Source: an uncultured Verrucomicrobiae bacterium
Lineage (GTDB): Bacteria; Verrucomicrobiota; Verrucomicrobiia; Chthoniobacterales; UBA10450
Length of the DNA: 64,000 nucleotides
Assembly (NCBI GenBank): GCA_963735805.1
Contig: CAVTMK010000004.1
Span: forward strand, 160,001 to 224,000
Direction of reading: 5' to 3'
Shown here: positions 1-10,100 of the stretch, in pieces
Numbering within the stretch: position 1 is the stretch's first letter
Layout: each line of letters opens with the position of its first letter
Notes under the pieces: generated by a model
What the model saw: only the letters and a program-made list of their open reading frames with translations
What the model was told of the DNA's origin: nothing
The model's database searches: none
Position numbers and translations under genes: made by a program

Positions 1-270
1 TCTATCAGCGGATTCAAACGCATCGCCGAGCTGGCTGGCGGCGCACGCTTCCCGGCCAAGCTTCTCCGTGCTCTACAGCGTTGCCAAAACAATCCGGAGA
101 TGGTCAGGCGCGTTGGCCTTCATTTCGCAATAGAACAATGTCACGATCTTCTGGACAATGACGTCGCCGGTATTCATTTTTATACGCTCAACCGCTCCGA
201 CGCAACCCGGGTAATCTTTGATAGTCTTGGCATTTCGCGTCGCAGCAAGGCGGAATCCTCGACTGTCTGA
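1..270 (+). CDS. metF: Methylenetetrahydrofolate reductase, C-terminal part (5' truncated by window edge)
   Basis: Frame 1 reads ...EQCHDLLDNDVAGIHFYTLNRS..., containing the MetF GIHFYTLN motif; TGA at 268-270. Not in the ORF track. Confidence 0.85.
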   Translation, partial: SISGFKRIAELAGGARFPAKLLRALQRCQNNPEMVRRVGLHFAIEQCHDLLDNDVAGIHFYTLNRSDATRVIFDSLGISRRSKAESSTV

Positions 271-344
271 TCGAGGGTATAAGTTCAGCGCGGAAGACAC
301 AGCTTTCGATTGCGTGAGGCTAGTGACGCGAGCAGAATCTCGGG

Positions 345-1100
345 ATGCTGAAGGTCGGTCGTGCGATTTGGTGGCAAGTTGGAGCGCTTGTCACTGGCGT
401 CGCAATCATAATGTTGCTTTCGCGTTACCTCCCGATCCTAAGTTTCGTCGAGGTATCGCAACAGCGGGTGATAAGCTGGGGTCCCTGGGGAGCGGTTTGC
501 TACCCGTTGCTTTTCGCGGCTTGTAATATCGTGCTGCTTCCCGGCGGTATTCTCGCTGTCGGCGGCGGTTTCTTTTTTGGATTGTGGTGGGGATTTCTAA
601 TTGTACTGGGGGGCAATATCGTTGCGACAGCAATCTCCTTTGCGCTAAGCCGAAAGATAGCCGGACGGTGGTTTCGAAAAAAGCTTTCAGGTAACCCGAC
701 ACTGCGCGCTCTGGAACCCGCGGTAGAACGCGAGAGTTGGAAGATTATTCTTCTGAGTCAACTGCATCCGCTTTTCCCCACAAGTCTTCTGAATTACTTT
801 TACGGTTTAACGCGAATCCCATTTGGCAGCTACATGCTGTGGGCGTCGATCGGCCGGGCGCCTGGCCTCTTCTTGTATGTGTACATCGGGACGTTGGGGC
901 AATTTGCGATGCGCATTATGCAGGGGAAAAGTTATCCTCGCACGATCGAGTATTGGATATGGGGCGGTGCATTCATAACAACGGCGTTGCTCTTTGTCGT
1001 ACTTGGGCGGCTGGCATACGGGGCATTACAAACCTCGCAAAATCTACCAGGCCGCCGACAACCGAGTACTGCTAATCGGTCTGTTGATGTAATGAATTGA
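345..1100 (+). CDS. TVP38/TMEM64 (DedA/VTT-domain) membrane protein
   Basis: Multiple hydrophobic segments, GGFFFGLWWG and PLFPTSLLNYFYGLT motifs typical of the SNARE-associated/VTT family. Confidence 0.8.
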   Translation: MLKVGRAIWWQVGALVTGVAIIMLLSRYLPILSFVEVSQQRVISWGPWGAVCYPLLFAACNIVLLPGGILAVGGGFFFGLWWGFLIVLGGNIVATAISFALSRKIAGRWFRKKLSGNPTLRALEPAVERESWKIILLSQLHPLFPTSLLNYFYGLTRIPFGSYMLWASIGRAPGLFLYVYIGTLGQFAMRIMQGKSYPRTIEYWIWGGAFITTALLFVVLGRLAYGALQTSQNLPGRRQPSTANRSVDVMN

Positions 1101-1124
1101 ATAACAAGGTATTACGTTAATTAC

Positions 1125-3026
1125 ATGGCGTTTAGGCTACCTACAGAATATGAAGTGCTAATAGTCGGTAGCGGTCATGCCGGGATCGAAGCGGCGTTAG
1201 CCGCCGCACGCATCGGGTGCCGCACGTTGATGTTAACTCAAAATTTGGACACAATCGGACAAATGTCGTGTAACCCAGCGATCGGTGGCTTGGCCAAGGG
1301 GCATATCGTCCGAGAGATAGACGCGATGGGCGGCGCTATGGGTTTGAATGCCGACTCCACGGGAATTCAGTTTCGAATGCTCAACCGGGCTAAGGGGCCG
1401 TCAGTTCAAGCCCCCCGAGCGCAATGCGACAAAAAGGCTTACCAATTTCGCATGAAGGCCCTTCTGGAATCGGCGGACAATCTTGATCTCAAACAAGGGA
1501 CGGTTTCAGGTATTTTTGTTAAGGATGGCAAAATAGCGGCGGTAGAAACGGATATGGGCCTGACAATCGCTACTCGAAGTGTAGTGATTACATCAGGTAC
1601 GTTTCTGCGCGGTCTCCTGCATATAGGCGATGCTACCAAACCGGGCGGACGGATGGCCGATTCCAGTTCGAGCCTTAGCGATAACCTTCGGCAATTAGGC
1701 TTCGGGGTCGGGCGTTTCAAGACAGGCACGCCGTGTCGCTTAAATGAACGCTCGATTGACTTTTCTCAGTGTTCAATTCAGCTCGGGGATGCACCGCCTC
1801 CGACCTTCTCTTTTTGCTTGGAGGAAATTGCTAATGACGGAGCCGAGATCTTTACCCTGAACCAGATTCGCGAAGGAAAGTTCCACGTGGAACAAATGCC
1901 CTGCTGGATAACCCATACCAGCCAGCGCACCCATGAGATTATTCGCTCAAATCTTCACAGGTCTCCACTATATGCCGGCCAAATCAAGGGAACCGGTCCG
2001 CGGTATTGTCCATCTATCGAGGATAAAGTTGTAAGATTCTCAAGCAGAGAGTCCCATCAGCTGTTTCTCGAGCCCGAAGGGCGCCACACCAGAGAGTACT
2101 ACGTAAACGGTATCTCAACGAGCTTGCCGTATGACGTTCAACTGGAATTCATACATTCCATTCCCGGGCTGGAGGAAGCAGAGATAATGCGCCCGGGTTA
2201 CGCCGTGGAATACGATTATTTTCCCCCAACCCAGCTTTTTCCCACGCTTGAAACAAAGCTAATAGAAGGATTGTATTTTGCCGGTCAGGTCAATGGTACA
2301 TCGGGATATGAGGAAGCGGCCGCTCAAGGCTTGATTGCGGGAACTAATGCGGCCTTGAAAATTCAGGGTCGCTCGCCGTTCGTGTTGGAGCGAAGGGACG
2401 CATATATAGGCGTGCTCATTGATGATCTGGTCACCAAAGGTACAGACGAACCCTATCGCATGTTTACAAGCCGGGCCGAAGACCGGTTGTTTTTGCGACA
2501 TGACAATGCGGATCAGCGCCTGACTAGACGGGCGTTTGACGCGGGATTAGTCAACCCGACTCGGTGGACACGTCACAAGGAAAAGATGAAGCTCTTGGAG
2601 CGGGCCCGTTTGCTGGCCACTCAGACAAAGGTCAATGGTGTCCCAATCTCGCAATTGTTTAAACGACCAGGTTTTGCTGCGGTAAACCTGCCATCTGAAC
2701 TTCTTTCCCTGCTGCCTATCTCAATCTGGCAGTTAGTAGAAACGGATTTCAAATACGAGGGTTACGCTACACGACAATCGGACCAGAATCGGCAGCTTGA
2801 AGGCAAGCGGCAGCAGGTGATTCCAGAATGGACGGACTATGACCAAATTCCTGGGCTCCGTTCTGAAACGAGGCAAAAATTGGCGACGAATCGACCGACC
2901 TCAATAGGACAGGCTGCACAAATAAGCGGAATTACGCCATCTGATGTTGCCATAATATCTATATGGTTGTATAAGAATAGCTTATGTATAAACAATTCCA
3001 TTGGTGTAGCGGCTAATCCAGGATGA
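1125..3026 (+). CDS. mnmG: tRNA uridine-5-carboxymethylaminomethyl(34) synthesis enzyme MnmG (GidA)
   Basis: [30 protein letters not shown] and [17 protein letters not shown] motifs. Confidence 0.97.
   Translation: MAFRLPTEYEVLIVGSGHAGIEAALAAARIGCRTLMLTQNLDTIGQMSCNPAIGGLAKGHIVREIDAMGGAMGLNADSTGIQFRMLNRAKGPSVQAPRAQCDKKAYQFRMKALLESADNLDLKQGTVSGIFVKDGKIAAVETDMGLTIATRSVVITSGTFLRGLLHIGDATKPGGRMADSSSSLSDNLRQLGFGVGRFKTGTPCRLNERSIDFSQCSIQLGDAPPPTFSFCLEEIANDGAEIFTLNQIREGKFHVEQMPCWITHTSQRTHEIIRSNLHRSPLYAGQIKGTGPRYCPSIEDKVVRFSSRESHQLFLEPEGRHTREYYVNGISTSLPYDVQLEFIHSIPGLEEAEIMRPGYAVEYDYFPPTQLFPTLETKLIEGLYFAGQVNGTSGYEEAAAQGLIAGTNAALKIQGRSPFVLERRDAYIGVLIDDLVTKGTDEPYRMFTSRAEDRLFLRHDNADQRLTRRAFDAGLVNPTRWTRHKEKMKLLERARLLATQTKVNGVPISQLFKRPGFAAVNLPSELLSLLPISIWQLVETDFKYEGYATRQSDQNRQLEGKRQQVIPEWTDYDQIPGLRSETRQKLATNRPTSIGQAAQISGITPSDVAIISIWLYKNSLCINNSIGVAANPG
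1879..1894. promoter_or_regulatory. parS centromere-like site inside mnmG
   Basis: AGTTCCACGTGGAACA, a 15/16 match to the parS palindrome TGTTCCACGTGGAACA; encodes part of KFHVEQ. Confidence 0.75.
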
Positions 3027-3033
3027 TATTTCG

Positions 3034-3660
3034 ATGCTCACGCTCGCGGCCGTAGTGATCGGGAGCTATCTGTTGGGATCGATTCCGTTCGGCTATCTTG
3101 CCGGTCGAATCGCCGGGGTAGACATCCGAGAGTGCGGGAGCGGCAACGTCGGTGCGACCAATGTCTTACGCGTACTTGGAAAGAGCTTTGGTTATCCCGT
3201 GTTCGCAGCGGATTTCTTTAAAGGTTTTGCCGCGGTAAAGGTGTCGATCTTGATTGCTATGCGTATTCAGCCAGAATGGATTTCGTCAGAAACATTTGGA
3301 ATCGCCGCAGCAATTTCGAGTGTGCTGGGGCATTCTTTTCCCGTATGGTTAGGTTTCAAGGGGGGAAAGGGTGTCGCCAGTTCAGGCGGAGCGCTTTTTG
3401 CCCTGGCACCGGTCGCTGCGTTATTCGGCGCCGGTATTTGGATAGTGACGTTCTTGCTCACGCGTTATGTGTCCGTGGCCTCAGTTACAGCCGCAGCCGC
3501 ATTACCTCTAATTATTCTGATTATAACCTGGTTAAGTCAGAGTGCTGGAAAATCGTTATTCTACTTGTCGGTTTGTCTCGCAGCGGTTGTGATTTGGCGG
3601 CATCGTTCAAATCTTTTGCGGCTTATGCATGGAACGGAGCCGCGCTTTACTCGAAAGTGA
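3034..3660 (+). CDS. plsY: Glycerol-3-phosphate 1-O-acyltransferase PlsY
   Basis: YLLGSIPFG, GSGNVGATN, GHSFP..FKGGKGVA and HRSN motifs. Confidence 0.96.
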   Translation: MLTLAAVVIGSYLLGSIPFGYLAGRIAGVDIRECGSGNVGATNVLRVLGKSFGYPVFAADFFKGFAAVKVSILIAMRIQPEWISSETFGIAAAISSVLGHSFPVWLGFKGGKGVASSGGALFALAPVAALFGAGIWIVTFLLTRYVSVASVTAAAALPLIILIITWLSQSAGKSLFYLSVCLAAVVIWRHRSNLLRLMHGTEPRFTRK

Positions 3661-4658
3661 AAACCGGCGGAACAGCAATTCTCGGGGCGGGCAGTTGGGG
3701 AACGGCTTTGGCGTGGTTATGGGGCAAAGATGGGTGTCGGGTTTCACTCTGGGGCCACGACAGCAATCGCATCGGGCGCATGCGAGAAACACGCGAGAAT
3801 AGTGATTACCTTCCGGGACTCAAACTCCCCGGATCAGTGCGTGTTACGTCCGAGCTGAGTGATTGCGCAGGTGCGGATCTGATTGTTTTCGCAACCCCAT
3901 CAATGGCGTTGCGAGAGGTTGCAGTCAGAGTGAGAAAAGCTATCAGCAATGTTCATCCAGTGTTGCTGAGCTGCGTGAAAGGGATCGAGCACGGCACTGG
4001 GATGCGAATGAGTCAAATCCTATGCGAACTTTTCCCAGAGCAGAAGATCGCTGTCTTGTCGGGGCCGAATCTGGCAACCGAGGTCGTAAAAGACTTCCCA
4101 ACGGCGACAGTAATTGGCTCCAACGACGCTCATTGCGCGACAAGTCTGCAAGCGACTTTGGGAAGTCCACGCTTTCGCATTTACACTAGCCAGCAGGTCA
4201 CATCGATCGAACTGGGGGGCGCTTTAAAAAATGTGTTCGCCATAGCAGCGGGGATCAGCGACGGCCTTGGATTGGGCGACAATTCCAAGGCGGCGCTAGT
4301 AACGCGATCGTTGGCGGAACTGGTGCGTCTTGGCGTCGCCATGGGAGGAACAGCGCAAGCTTTCTATGGATTAAGTGGAACGGGGGATCTGATAGTAACT
4401 TGTTATAGTGAGCGCAGCCGCAATCATACAGTCGGCAAACGTCTGGGGCGAGGCGAGTCACTCGCGCAGATCACTCAATCCATGAGGATGGTAGCCGAAG
4501 GAATTCCCACAGCGCGGAGTGCCTTTGAATGCGCGCGCCAGCTGAACGTCGAGACGCCGATTATTGATCAGGTTTACGCTGTGCTGTACGAGCAGAAAAA
4601 ACCGACTGTTGCCTTGGAAGAAGTATTGGGTCGCGAGCAAAAGGCAGAACAGCTGTAG
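3657..4658 (+). CDS. gpsA: NAD(P)H-dependent glycerol-3-phosphate dehydrogenase
   Basis: GAGSWGTALA, LSGPNLA, GGALKNV and SRN motifs; GTG start at 3657 overlaps the plsY stop (ORF track over-extends to 3276). Confidence 0.95.
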   Translation: MKTGGTAILGAGSWGTALAWLWGKDGCRVSLWGHDSNRIGRMRETRENSDYLPGLKLPGSVRVTSELSDCAGADLIVFATPSMALREVAVRVRKAISNVHPVLLSCVKGIEHGTGMRMSQILCELFPEQKIAVLSGPNLATEVVKDFPTATVIGSNDAHCATSLQATLGSPRFRIYTSQQVTSIELGGALKNVFAIAAGISDGLGLGDNSKAALVTRSLAELVRLGVAMGGTAQAFYGLSGTGDLIVTCYSERSRNHTVGKRLGRGESLAQITQSMRMVAEGIPTARSAFECARQLNVETPIIDQVYAVLYEQKKPTVALEEVLGREQKAEQL

Positions 4659-4695
4659 ACGCTCGCATGGGTCACTCCCGGCGTGATTGGAAAAA

Positions 4696-5292
4696 TTACA
4701 GAGCCGCCGCCTGGTATCTTTCGCAGAATTCCGCGATTACAGCCGGATACAACTCGCGCTCGGCAATCTGGATCCGCGCATGCAAGTTTTCGGGCGTATC
4801 TTGTGGCAAAATCCGCACTTCACGCTGAGCGATGATCTCGCCGTGATCGATTTTCTCATCCACGTAATGTACAGTGCAGCCGCTTACTTCGTCTCCCGCG
4901 GCCAGCGCTTGCTTCCACGCTTCGAGCCCTGGAAATTTAGGTAGAAGCGACGGATGGATATTGATGATACGCCGTGGGAAAGCTTTAAGCATCTGTGTGT
5001 GCAGCACGCGCATAAAGCCCGCCAGTACCACGAGATGAACGCCTGCCTCGCGTAACATATTCGCGAGCTCATTTTCCACGTCCGGATCAAGCCGCGTGCG
5101 CAATCGACCAGGAGGCAGGTAGGCGTTAGCAACCGAAAACTCCCGGGCTATATCGAGAATTGGCGCATCCAACACGTCCGAGATTACAACCCGCGCTTCC
5201 GCTGCGAGATTGCCTGAATGGATACGCTCGAGGATTGCCCGACAGTTACTTCCCTTTCCTGACCCTAGAATTCCAATTGGCAACCGTTTCAC
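4696..5292 (-). CDS. purN: Phosphoribosylglycinamide formyltransferase
   Basis: SGKGSN, LAGFMR, NIHPSLLP and GCTVHYV motifs. Confidence 0.95.
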   Translation of the reverse strand: MKRLPIGILGSGKGSNCRAILERIHSGNLAAEARVVISDVLDAPILDIAREFSVANAYLPPGRLRTRLDPDVENELANMLREAGVHLVVLAGFMRVLHTQMLKAFPRRIINIHPSLLPKFPGLEAWKQALAAGDEVSGCTVHYVDEKIDHGEIIAQREVRILPQDTPENLHARIQIAERELYPAVIAEFCERYQAAAL

Positions 5293-5351
5293 TTAATTTT
5301 TTCTGAGCTCTAACGATATGAACATCAAATGGGAGAGGTGCGTTACAACTT

Positions 5352-5837
5352 TCAGCTCCCGCCTTTGCATATTTGTTCAAGAAGGCGCGAAGTCGAGTAG
5401 CCTGCTTCAAATGGAATAAAGCAAATCTCGGTGCCGATGTTTTTCAAGAGCGTACGCTCTTCTTCGTTAAGGGTTTCCGAACTGTAATCCCCGCCTTTGA
5501 CATAGATCGCAGGCCGGCATGCAGCAATAAACTGCGTGGCTCGCATCTCTGGAAAAATCGTCACGAAATCTACGCACTGTAGTGCGGCAAGAATTTCTGC
5601 GCGATCGTGCTCAGCGACGATCGGACGTCCCTGTCCTTTTAATTCGCTGACTGAGCGATCGCCATTCAAGCCAACTGCGAGCAAATCACCGAGCGCACGC
5701 GCAGCTTGCAAGTAGCGGATGTGTCCGACATGCAGCAAATCAAAACAGCCATTCGTCGCGACCAGCTTTTTACCTTCGGAACGCATGCGCCCGCTGCGCT
5801 CTGAAAGTTCGCCGAGACCGATGATTTTTGGGCTCAT
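5352..5837 (-). CDS. Cytidylyltransferase-family adenylyltransferase (RfaE2/HldC-like, ADP-heptose synthesis)
   Basis: TNGCFDLLHVGH, KGQGRPI, KGGDY and GYSTS motifs; likely start MSPKII at 5837. Confidence 0.85.
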   Translation of the reverse strand: MSPKIIGLGELSERSGRMRSEGKKLVATNGCFDLLHVGHIRYLQAARALGDLLAVGLNGDRSVSELKGQGRPIVAEHDRAEILAALQCVDFVTIFPEMRATQFIAACRPAIYVKGGDYSSETLNEEERTLLKNIGTEICFIPFEAGYSTSRLLEQICKGGS

Positions 5838-5978
5838 TACACGAGAACTATGCGTTAAAGGCGCGAAAACGCGCGGAAAAATTCCAATGCGAGTCGAAAC
5901 GTTTTTAATCGCGGAATCGACGTTTCGAGAGCGAAATCTGTGGTTGGCCTTTTGTCGATTTGAGCCACCTTTCGGAAA

Positions 5979-6728
5979 GTGAAGGTGAGAAAGATATTCC
6001 ACATTTCCAGGAAACCAGTCGTGTCTTTCGCAAAAGGGAAGCAATCGCACGATTTGGACAGTGGCTTGGAACTACCGCGTTTTTATGGTCCACAGCGCCT
6101 CATCGCCATTGCGCGTGACCCATGGACACTCTTCGCGTATTGGAATCTTGATTGGGCATTGATCTTCAAAGATGCCGCGCCTTTCGGTCGAAGGGTTCAT
6201 CTCCGGATTCATTCTGGAGAAGGCTTGGAGGAGAAAGAAGCGACTGTCGAACCGATGGCTGGAATGCATCATGTTACAATGTCGCAACGGCATCGTTCGT
6301 GTCGCATGGAGATTGGATATTACCAGCCCGCTGACGTGTGGCATTCCGTGGTGATGTCCAATGAGGTTATGATGCCGCCCAGGGAAGTATCGGAATCTGA
6401 GGACGCGGATGTTGCTACAATTCCATTTCATCTCAGTTTTCAACAACTTGTTGAGTTGTACGGAGCGAATGACAATGCATTGGCCACCGTAATCTCGCGT
6501 TTTCAAACGCGCGCAGCGAGTAGTGAACAACATGAGACGTTAAGTTCTGAAGGGCGCAAAATTCTTCAAAGGGCGGGCATGGCGCTGTCCGAAATCACCG
6601 ATTCACGGCGTGCTTTCAATCAGGTCGATGGCGAAAAGCTTAAGAAACGTACCAGAGTCCTTCTTGGATCAGATGCAAGCAGTCCGCGGCGAGGATTCGG
6701 GGGTGACTGGACCTCAGCCGGATCTTAA
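5979..6728 (+). CDS. DUF4912-domain protein
   Basis: ELPRFYG..LIAIARDPWTLFAYW and SNEV..P motifs; start uncertain. Confidence 0.7.
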   Translation: MKVRKIFHISRKPVVSFAKGKQSHDLDSGLELPRFYGPQRLIAIARDPWTLFAYWNLDWALIFKDAAPFGRRVHLRIHSGEGLEEKEATVEPMAGMHHVTMSQRHRSCRMEIGYYQPADVWHSVVMSNEVMMPPREVSESEDADVATIPFHLSFQQLVELYGANDNALATVISRFQTRAASSEQHETLSSEGRKILQRAGMALSEITDSRRAFNQVDGEKLKKRTRVLLGSDASSPRRGFGGDWTSAGS

Positions 6729-6805
6729 AGTTTTTGCCTCGCTAAATCTATCACCTGAGCGTTTCGCCAACGCTAACGCTGACTCGGCGAGATTGGTAAA
6801 GGTGG

Positions 6806-8503
6806 CTACTGTGCGCTTTCGCCTGGTGTTTCCATCATCAAGTGCCGGGCATGTGTATGATCGGAAACTTGCGCAACCAAGTTTAGCAGGGCGCCCAGAC
6901 TCCATGCGAGCACGAAGCCAGCGGCACCAATGACGATGCCGAGCGGGCCGGGAATGTAGTCCGTGCGATAACGAGCCAGCCACAGAATCGAGCCGAGCGA
7001 GCCGAATACAATCCAGATCACACCCGCGATTTTCAAGGCGCGCGACCATCCGGTTTCGCCGGGGACTTTGCGCGGACCGAGTTTGGAGTTGTAGATGCTA
7101 TAGCCGAAATAAATCACGATACCGAGGGCAAACCAGTAGATCAGTCGCTCCCATGTAAGCCACGGTAGCGAGACCATAAGATAGATCGCCGATATCGCGC
7201 CCATCGGCGCGACGAACCACACGGCGGGCGTCTTGAACGTCCGCGGCAACTCTGGTTCGCGCACTCGCAGCACAAGGACGCCAATTGAGACGATCACAAA
7301 GGCCAGCAGGGTACCGATGGAAACGAGGCTGCCAGCTTCGCGCACCGTGAAAACCGCCGCGAAACAGGCGACAAAAACTCCTGTCACGATCGTTGTGATC
7401 CACGGCGTACGGAATTTTGGATGAACCCTGCTCACAAACTTTGGCATCAAACCGTCACCTGCCATGGTCCAGAAAATCCGCGACTGGCCCAGCAACATCA
7501 CCAGAATAACCGAGCTTAGGCCCGCGATGGCGCCTAGCTTGATTATGGAGGCCATCCAGCCCACGCCCGCATGGTCGGCGGCGACGGCGATCGGATCAGG
7601 TACGTCGAGTTGCAGGTACGGGACAATGCCGGTGGCCACCAACGAAACTGCAATGTAGAGCACCGTGCAAATCAGCAGCGAGCCGATAATGCTGATTGGC
7701 ATGTCTCGCTGCGGATTTTTCGCTTCCTGCGCCGCCGTGCTGACGGCGTCGAATCCGATGTACGCAAAAAATACAATCCCTGCGCCCTGCATGACGCCGC
7801 TCCAACCGAAATGCCCGCGCACATCGGTGCTCGGCGGGATAAATGGATGCCAGTTGGCTGGATTCACTGCGTGAGCTGCGCCAACGATGAACAGCAGCAC
7901 CACCGCCACTTTCACGAACACGATAACATTATTGACCGTCGCCGATTCGCGAATGCCCACCACGAGTAGTAGTGTAATGATAGCGATGATGATGACGGCT
8001 GGCAGATTGAAGATTGCCATAACTTGTGTTCCGTCCGCCAGAGTAATGAGCGTCCCGCGCGCCGCCGACACCTGCGGCGGAATGTGAATGCCGATGTCTC
8101 GCAGAAACGAGACGACGTAGCCTGACCAACCGATGGAGACTGTGACCGCACCGAGCGCATACTCCAAGATCAAGTCCCAGCCGATGATCCATGCGAACAG
8201 TTCGCCGAGCGTCGCGTAGCCGTATGTATAGGCGCTGCCGGCCATTGGCACGAGCGACGCGAACTCGCTATAGCAGAGCGCCGCAAAGATCGAGGCCACC
8301 CCCGCGAGCACGAACGATAAAACTACCGCTGGCCCCGCGTTCTGCGCAGCGACCGTGCCGGTCAGCACAAAAATGCCTGTACCAATGATTGCGCCGATGC
8401 CAAGCGCCGTCAGGTTAGTCGCTCCAAGCGCCCGTTTCAGGCGGTCGTCGGTCAGTGCTTCAGCCTGAAGTTGCGTAACACTTTTTCGTCGAAATAAGTT
8501 CAT
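6806..8503 (-). CDS. APC-family amino acid permease (CAT/YfnA-like)
   Basis: GIGAIIGTGIF, AGPAVVLSF, AGSAYTY and FFAYIGFDAVST motifs; extra hydrophobic C-terminal extension. Confidence 0.93.
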   Translation of the reverse strand: MNLFRRKSVTQLQAEALTDDRLKRALGATNLTALGIGAIIGTGIFVLTGTVAAQNAGPAVVLSFVLAGVASIFAALCYSEFASLVPMAGSAYTYGYATLGELFAWIIGWDLILEYALGAVTVSIGWSGYVVSFLRDIGIHIPPQVSAARGTLITLADGTQVMAIFNLPAVIIIAIITLLLVVGIRESATVNNVIVFVKVAVVLLFIVGAAHAVNPANWHPFIPPSTDVRGHFGWSGVMQGAGIVFFAYIGFDAVSTAAQEAKNPQRDMPISIIGSLLICTVLYIAVSLVATGIVPYLQLDVPDPIAVAADHAGVGWMASIIKLGAIAGLSSVILVMLLGQSRIFWTMAGDGLMPKFVSRVHPKFRTPWITTIVTGVFVACFAAVFTVREAGSLVSIGTLLAFVIVSIGVLVLRVREPELPRTFKTPAVWFVAPMGAISAIYLMVSLPWLTWERLIYWFALGIVIYFGYSIYNSKLGPRKVPGETGWSRALKIAGVIWIVFGSLGSILWLARYRTDYIPGPLGIVIGAAGFVLAWSLGALLNLVAQVSDHTHARHLMMETPGESAQ

Positions 8504-8551
8504 ATGGGCTCAGTTGTCTTTGGTGGTGCTGATCGGGATGGACGGAGCAAG

Positions 8552-10057
8552 TCAAGCCGGTGCTGATCTTGCCCCAAGAAATTTCCAGCAAAAATAAATC
8601 GGCACCCCGGTCAACACGATTATTAGCCCGGGCCACGTGGTTGCGGTTTGATAGACGAATAGAACTAAAAGAATTGTGGTTGCGCCAACGATGTAAAGAA
8701 TGGGAACAAACGGGTATCCGAAGGCTTTGTATGGGCGCTCTGCATCCGGACGTTTCCAGCGCAGCAAGAACAGTCCGGCAATTGTGAGAATGTAAAAAAT
8801 TAGCGCGGCAGAAATTACGTAGTCGAGCAGGTTGCCGTAAAGATTCCCGTAACTTCCGTCGGCCTTTACGGTGCGCGGGAGCACGAGAATGCCAGCCCAA
8901 ATTCCTTGAATGATAAGGCCCCACGCCGGGACATGTTTTTTGTTCAACTCACCCACCCGCCGGAAAAAGAGACCGTCGCGTGCCATTGCATAATAAGCGC
9001 GCGCGCCTGCGAGGATCAGTCCATTATTGCAACCGAACGTTGAAACCATAATCGCGATCGCCATGATAGCCGCCCCGGCGCCAGGAAAAATTACGTTGGC
9101 TGTTTCCGAAGCGACGCGATCGCTTGGCGCATTTTGGATCGAAGCGAACGGAAGAGTTGCCAGATAAGCGACGTTCGCCAGTAGATAAAGTCCGATAACC
9201 AGAAGCGTGCCAAACGCCAGAGAGAGCGGAATGTTGCGTCGCGGTTCTTTCACTTCTCCGGCGATGAACGTAATGTTGTTCCACGCGTCAGCGGAAAAAA
9301 GCGAGTTCGTTTGCGCCACACAGATCCCAACAAAGAGACCGAACGCGGTCGCTGCCGTAAGTCCTGCTCCCACATCCTGCAGGCCGCCTCTCAAAGTCCA
9401 AAAGTCACGAAAGTTCTCCGCACCGGCTCCTGACTTAACACCAACGACGATTCCCAGGACGACCAACGCGATGAGCGCACCCGTTTTGGCCGTGGTAAAA
9501 ATATTTTGCACGAGCCTTCCGAGATTTAATCCCCGTGTGTTCATGAAGGTCAGCAGCGCGATCATGGCCAGACCGAGACACTGCGCGGTAGAAAGTGAAA
9601 CAGCGTAGCCACTGAACCAGCCGCCAAGACGGATCGGCGGGATCAGATAGCTGGATTCAGAAAACCAGGGGATAAGCACGCCGCTGTAACGCGCAAACCC
9701 GACAGCCACCGCCGCGATCGTGCCGGTTTGAATTACTAGAAAAAGTGTCCATCCGTAGAGAAAACCCCAGAACGGGCTGTACGCTTCGCGCAGATAAACG
9801 TACTGGCCACCAGCCTTTGGCATCATCGCTGCCAGTTCGCCGTACGACAGCGCGGCCATCAGCGTCAGTAAACCGGTCACGATCCACACAACCAGCAACC
9901 AACCGGGCGAACCGACCTGCCGCGCGATGATCGCGGACACAATGAAAATTCCCGAGCCGATCATCGACCCTGCAACAAGCATGGTTGAATCAAGCAGACC
10001 AAGGCCTCTGACGAATTTTTGTTCGGTTACAGGTGTTTCGGTTATCGCCGTCGTCAT
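8552..10057 (-). CDS. APC-family amino acid permease (LAT-like)
   Basis: GSMIGSGIF, AGGQYVYL, DAWNN and RPYKAFGYP motifs; about 12 TM segments. Confidence 0.93.
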   Translation of the reverse strand: MTTAITETPVTEQKFVRGLGLLDSTMLVAGSMIGSGIFIVSAIIARQVGSPGWLLVVWIVTGLLTLMAALSYGELAAMMPKAGGQYVYLREAYSPFWGFLYGWTLFLVIQTGTIAAVAVGFARYSGVLIPWFSESSYLIPPIRLGGWFSGYAVSLSTAQCLGLAMIALLTFMNTRGLNLGRLVQNIFTTAKTGALIALVVLGIVVGVKSGAGAENFRDFWTLRGGLQDVGAGLTAATAFGLFVGICVAQTNSLFSADAWNNITFIAGEVKEPRRNIPLSLAFGTLLVIGLYLLANVAYLATLPFASIQNAPSDRVASETANVIFPGAGAAIMAIAIMVSTFGCNNGLILAGARAYYAMARDGLFFRRVGELNKKHVPAWGLIIQGIWAGILVLPRTVKADGSYGNLYGNLLDYVISAALIFYILTIAGLFLLRWKRPDAERPYKAFGYPFVPILYIVGATTILLVLFVYQTATTWPGLIIVLTGVPIYFCWKFLGARSAPA

Positions 10058-10100
10058 GTGAGCCGGTTGAATTTGGCGGAGAGTAAATCATCACTCGGGC

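Noticed and set aside
2950..3030. AT-rich end of mnmG as possible oriC with DnaA boxes
   Set aside because: Only imperfect 7/9 and 8/9 matches (GTTGTATAA, TATGTATAA), inside coding sequence; no box cluster.
3276..3656. Long N-terminal extension of GpsA in the ORF track
   Set aside because: Overlaps plsY out of frame; the Rossmann motif begins right after the GTG at 3657. Similar over-extensions were trimmed for the AmgK-like kinase, lon, the rfaE2-like gene and the macrodomain gene.
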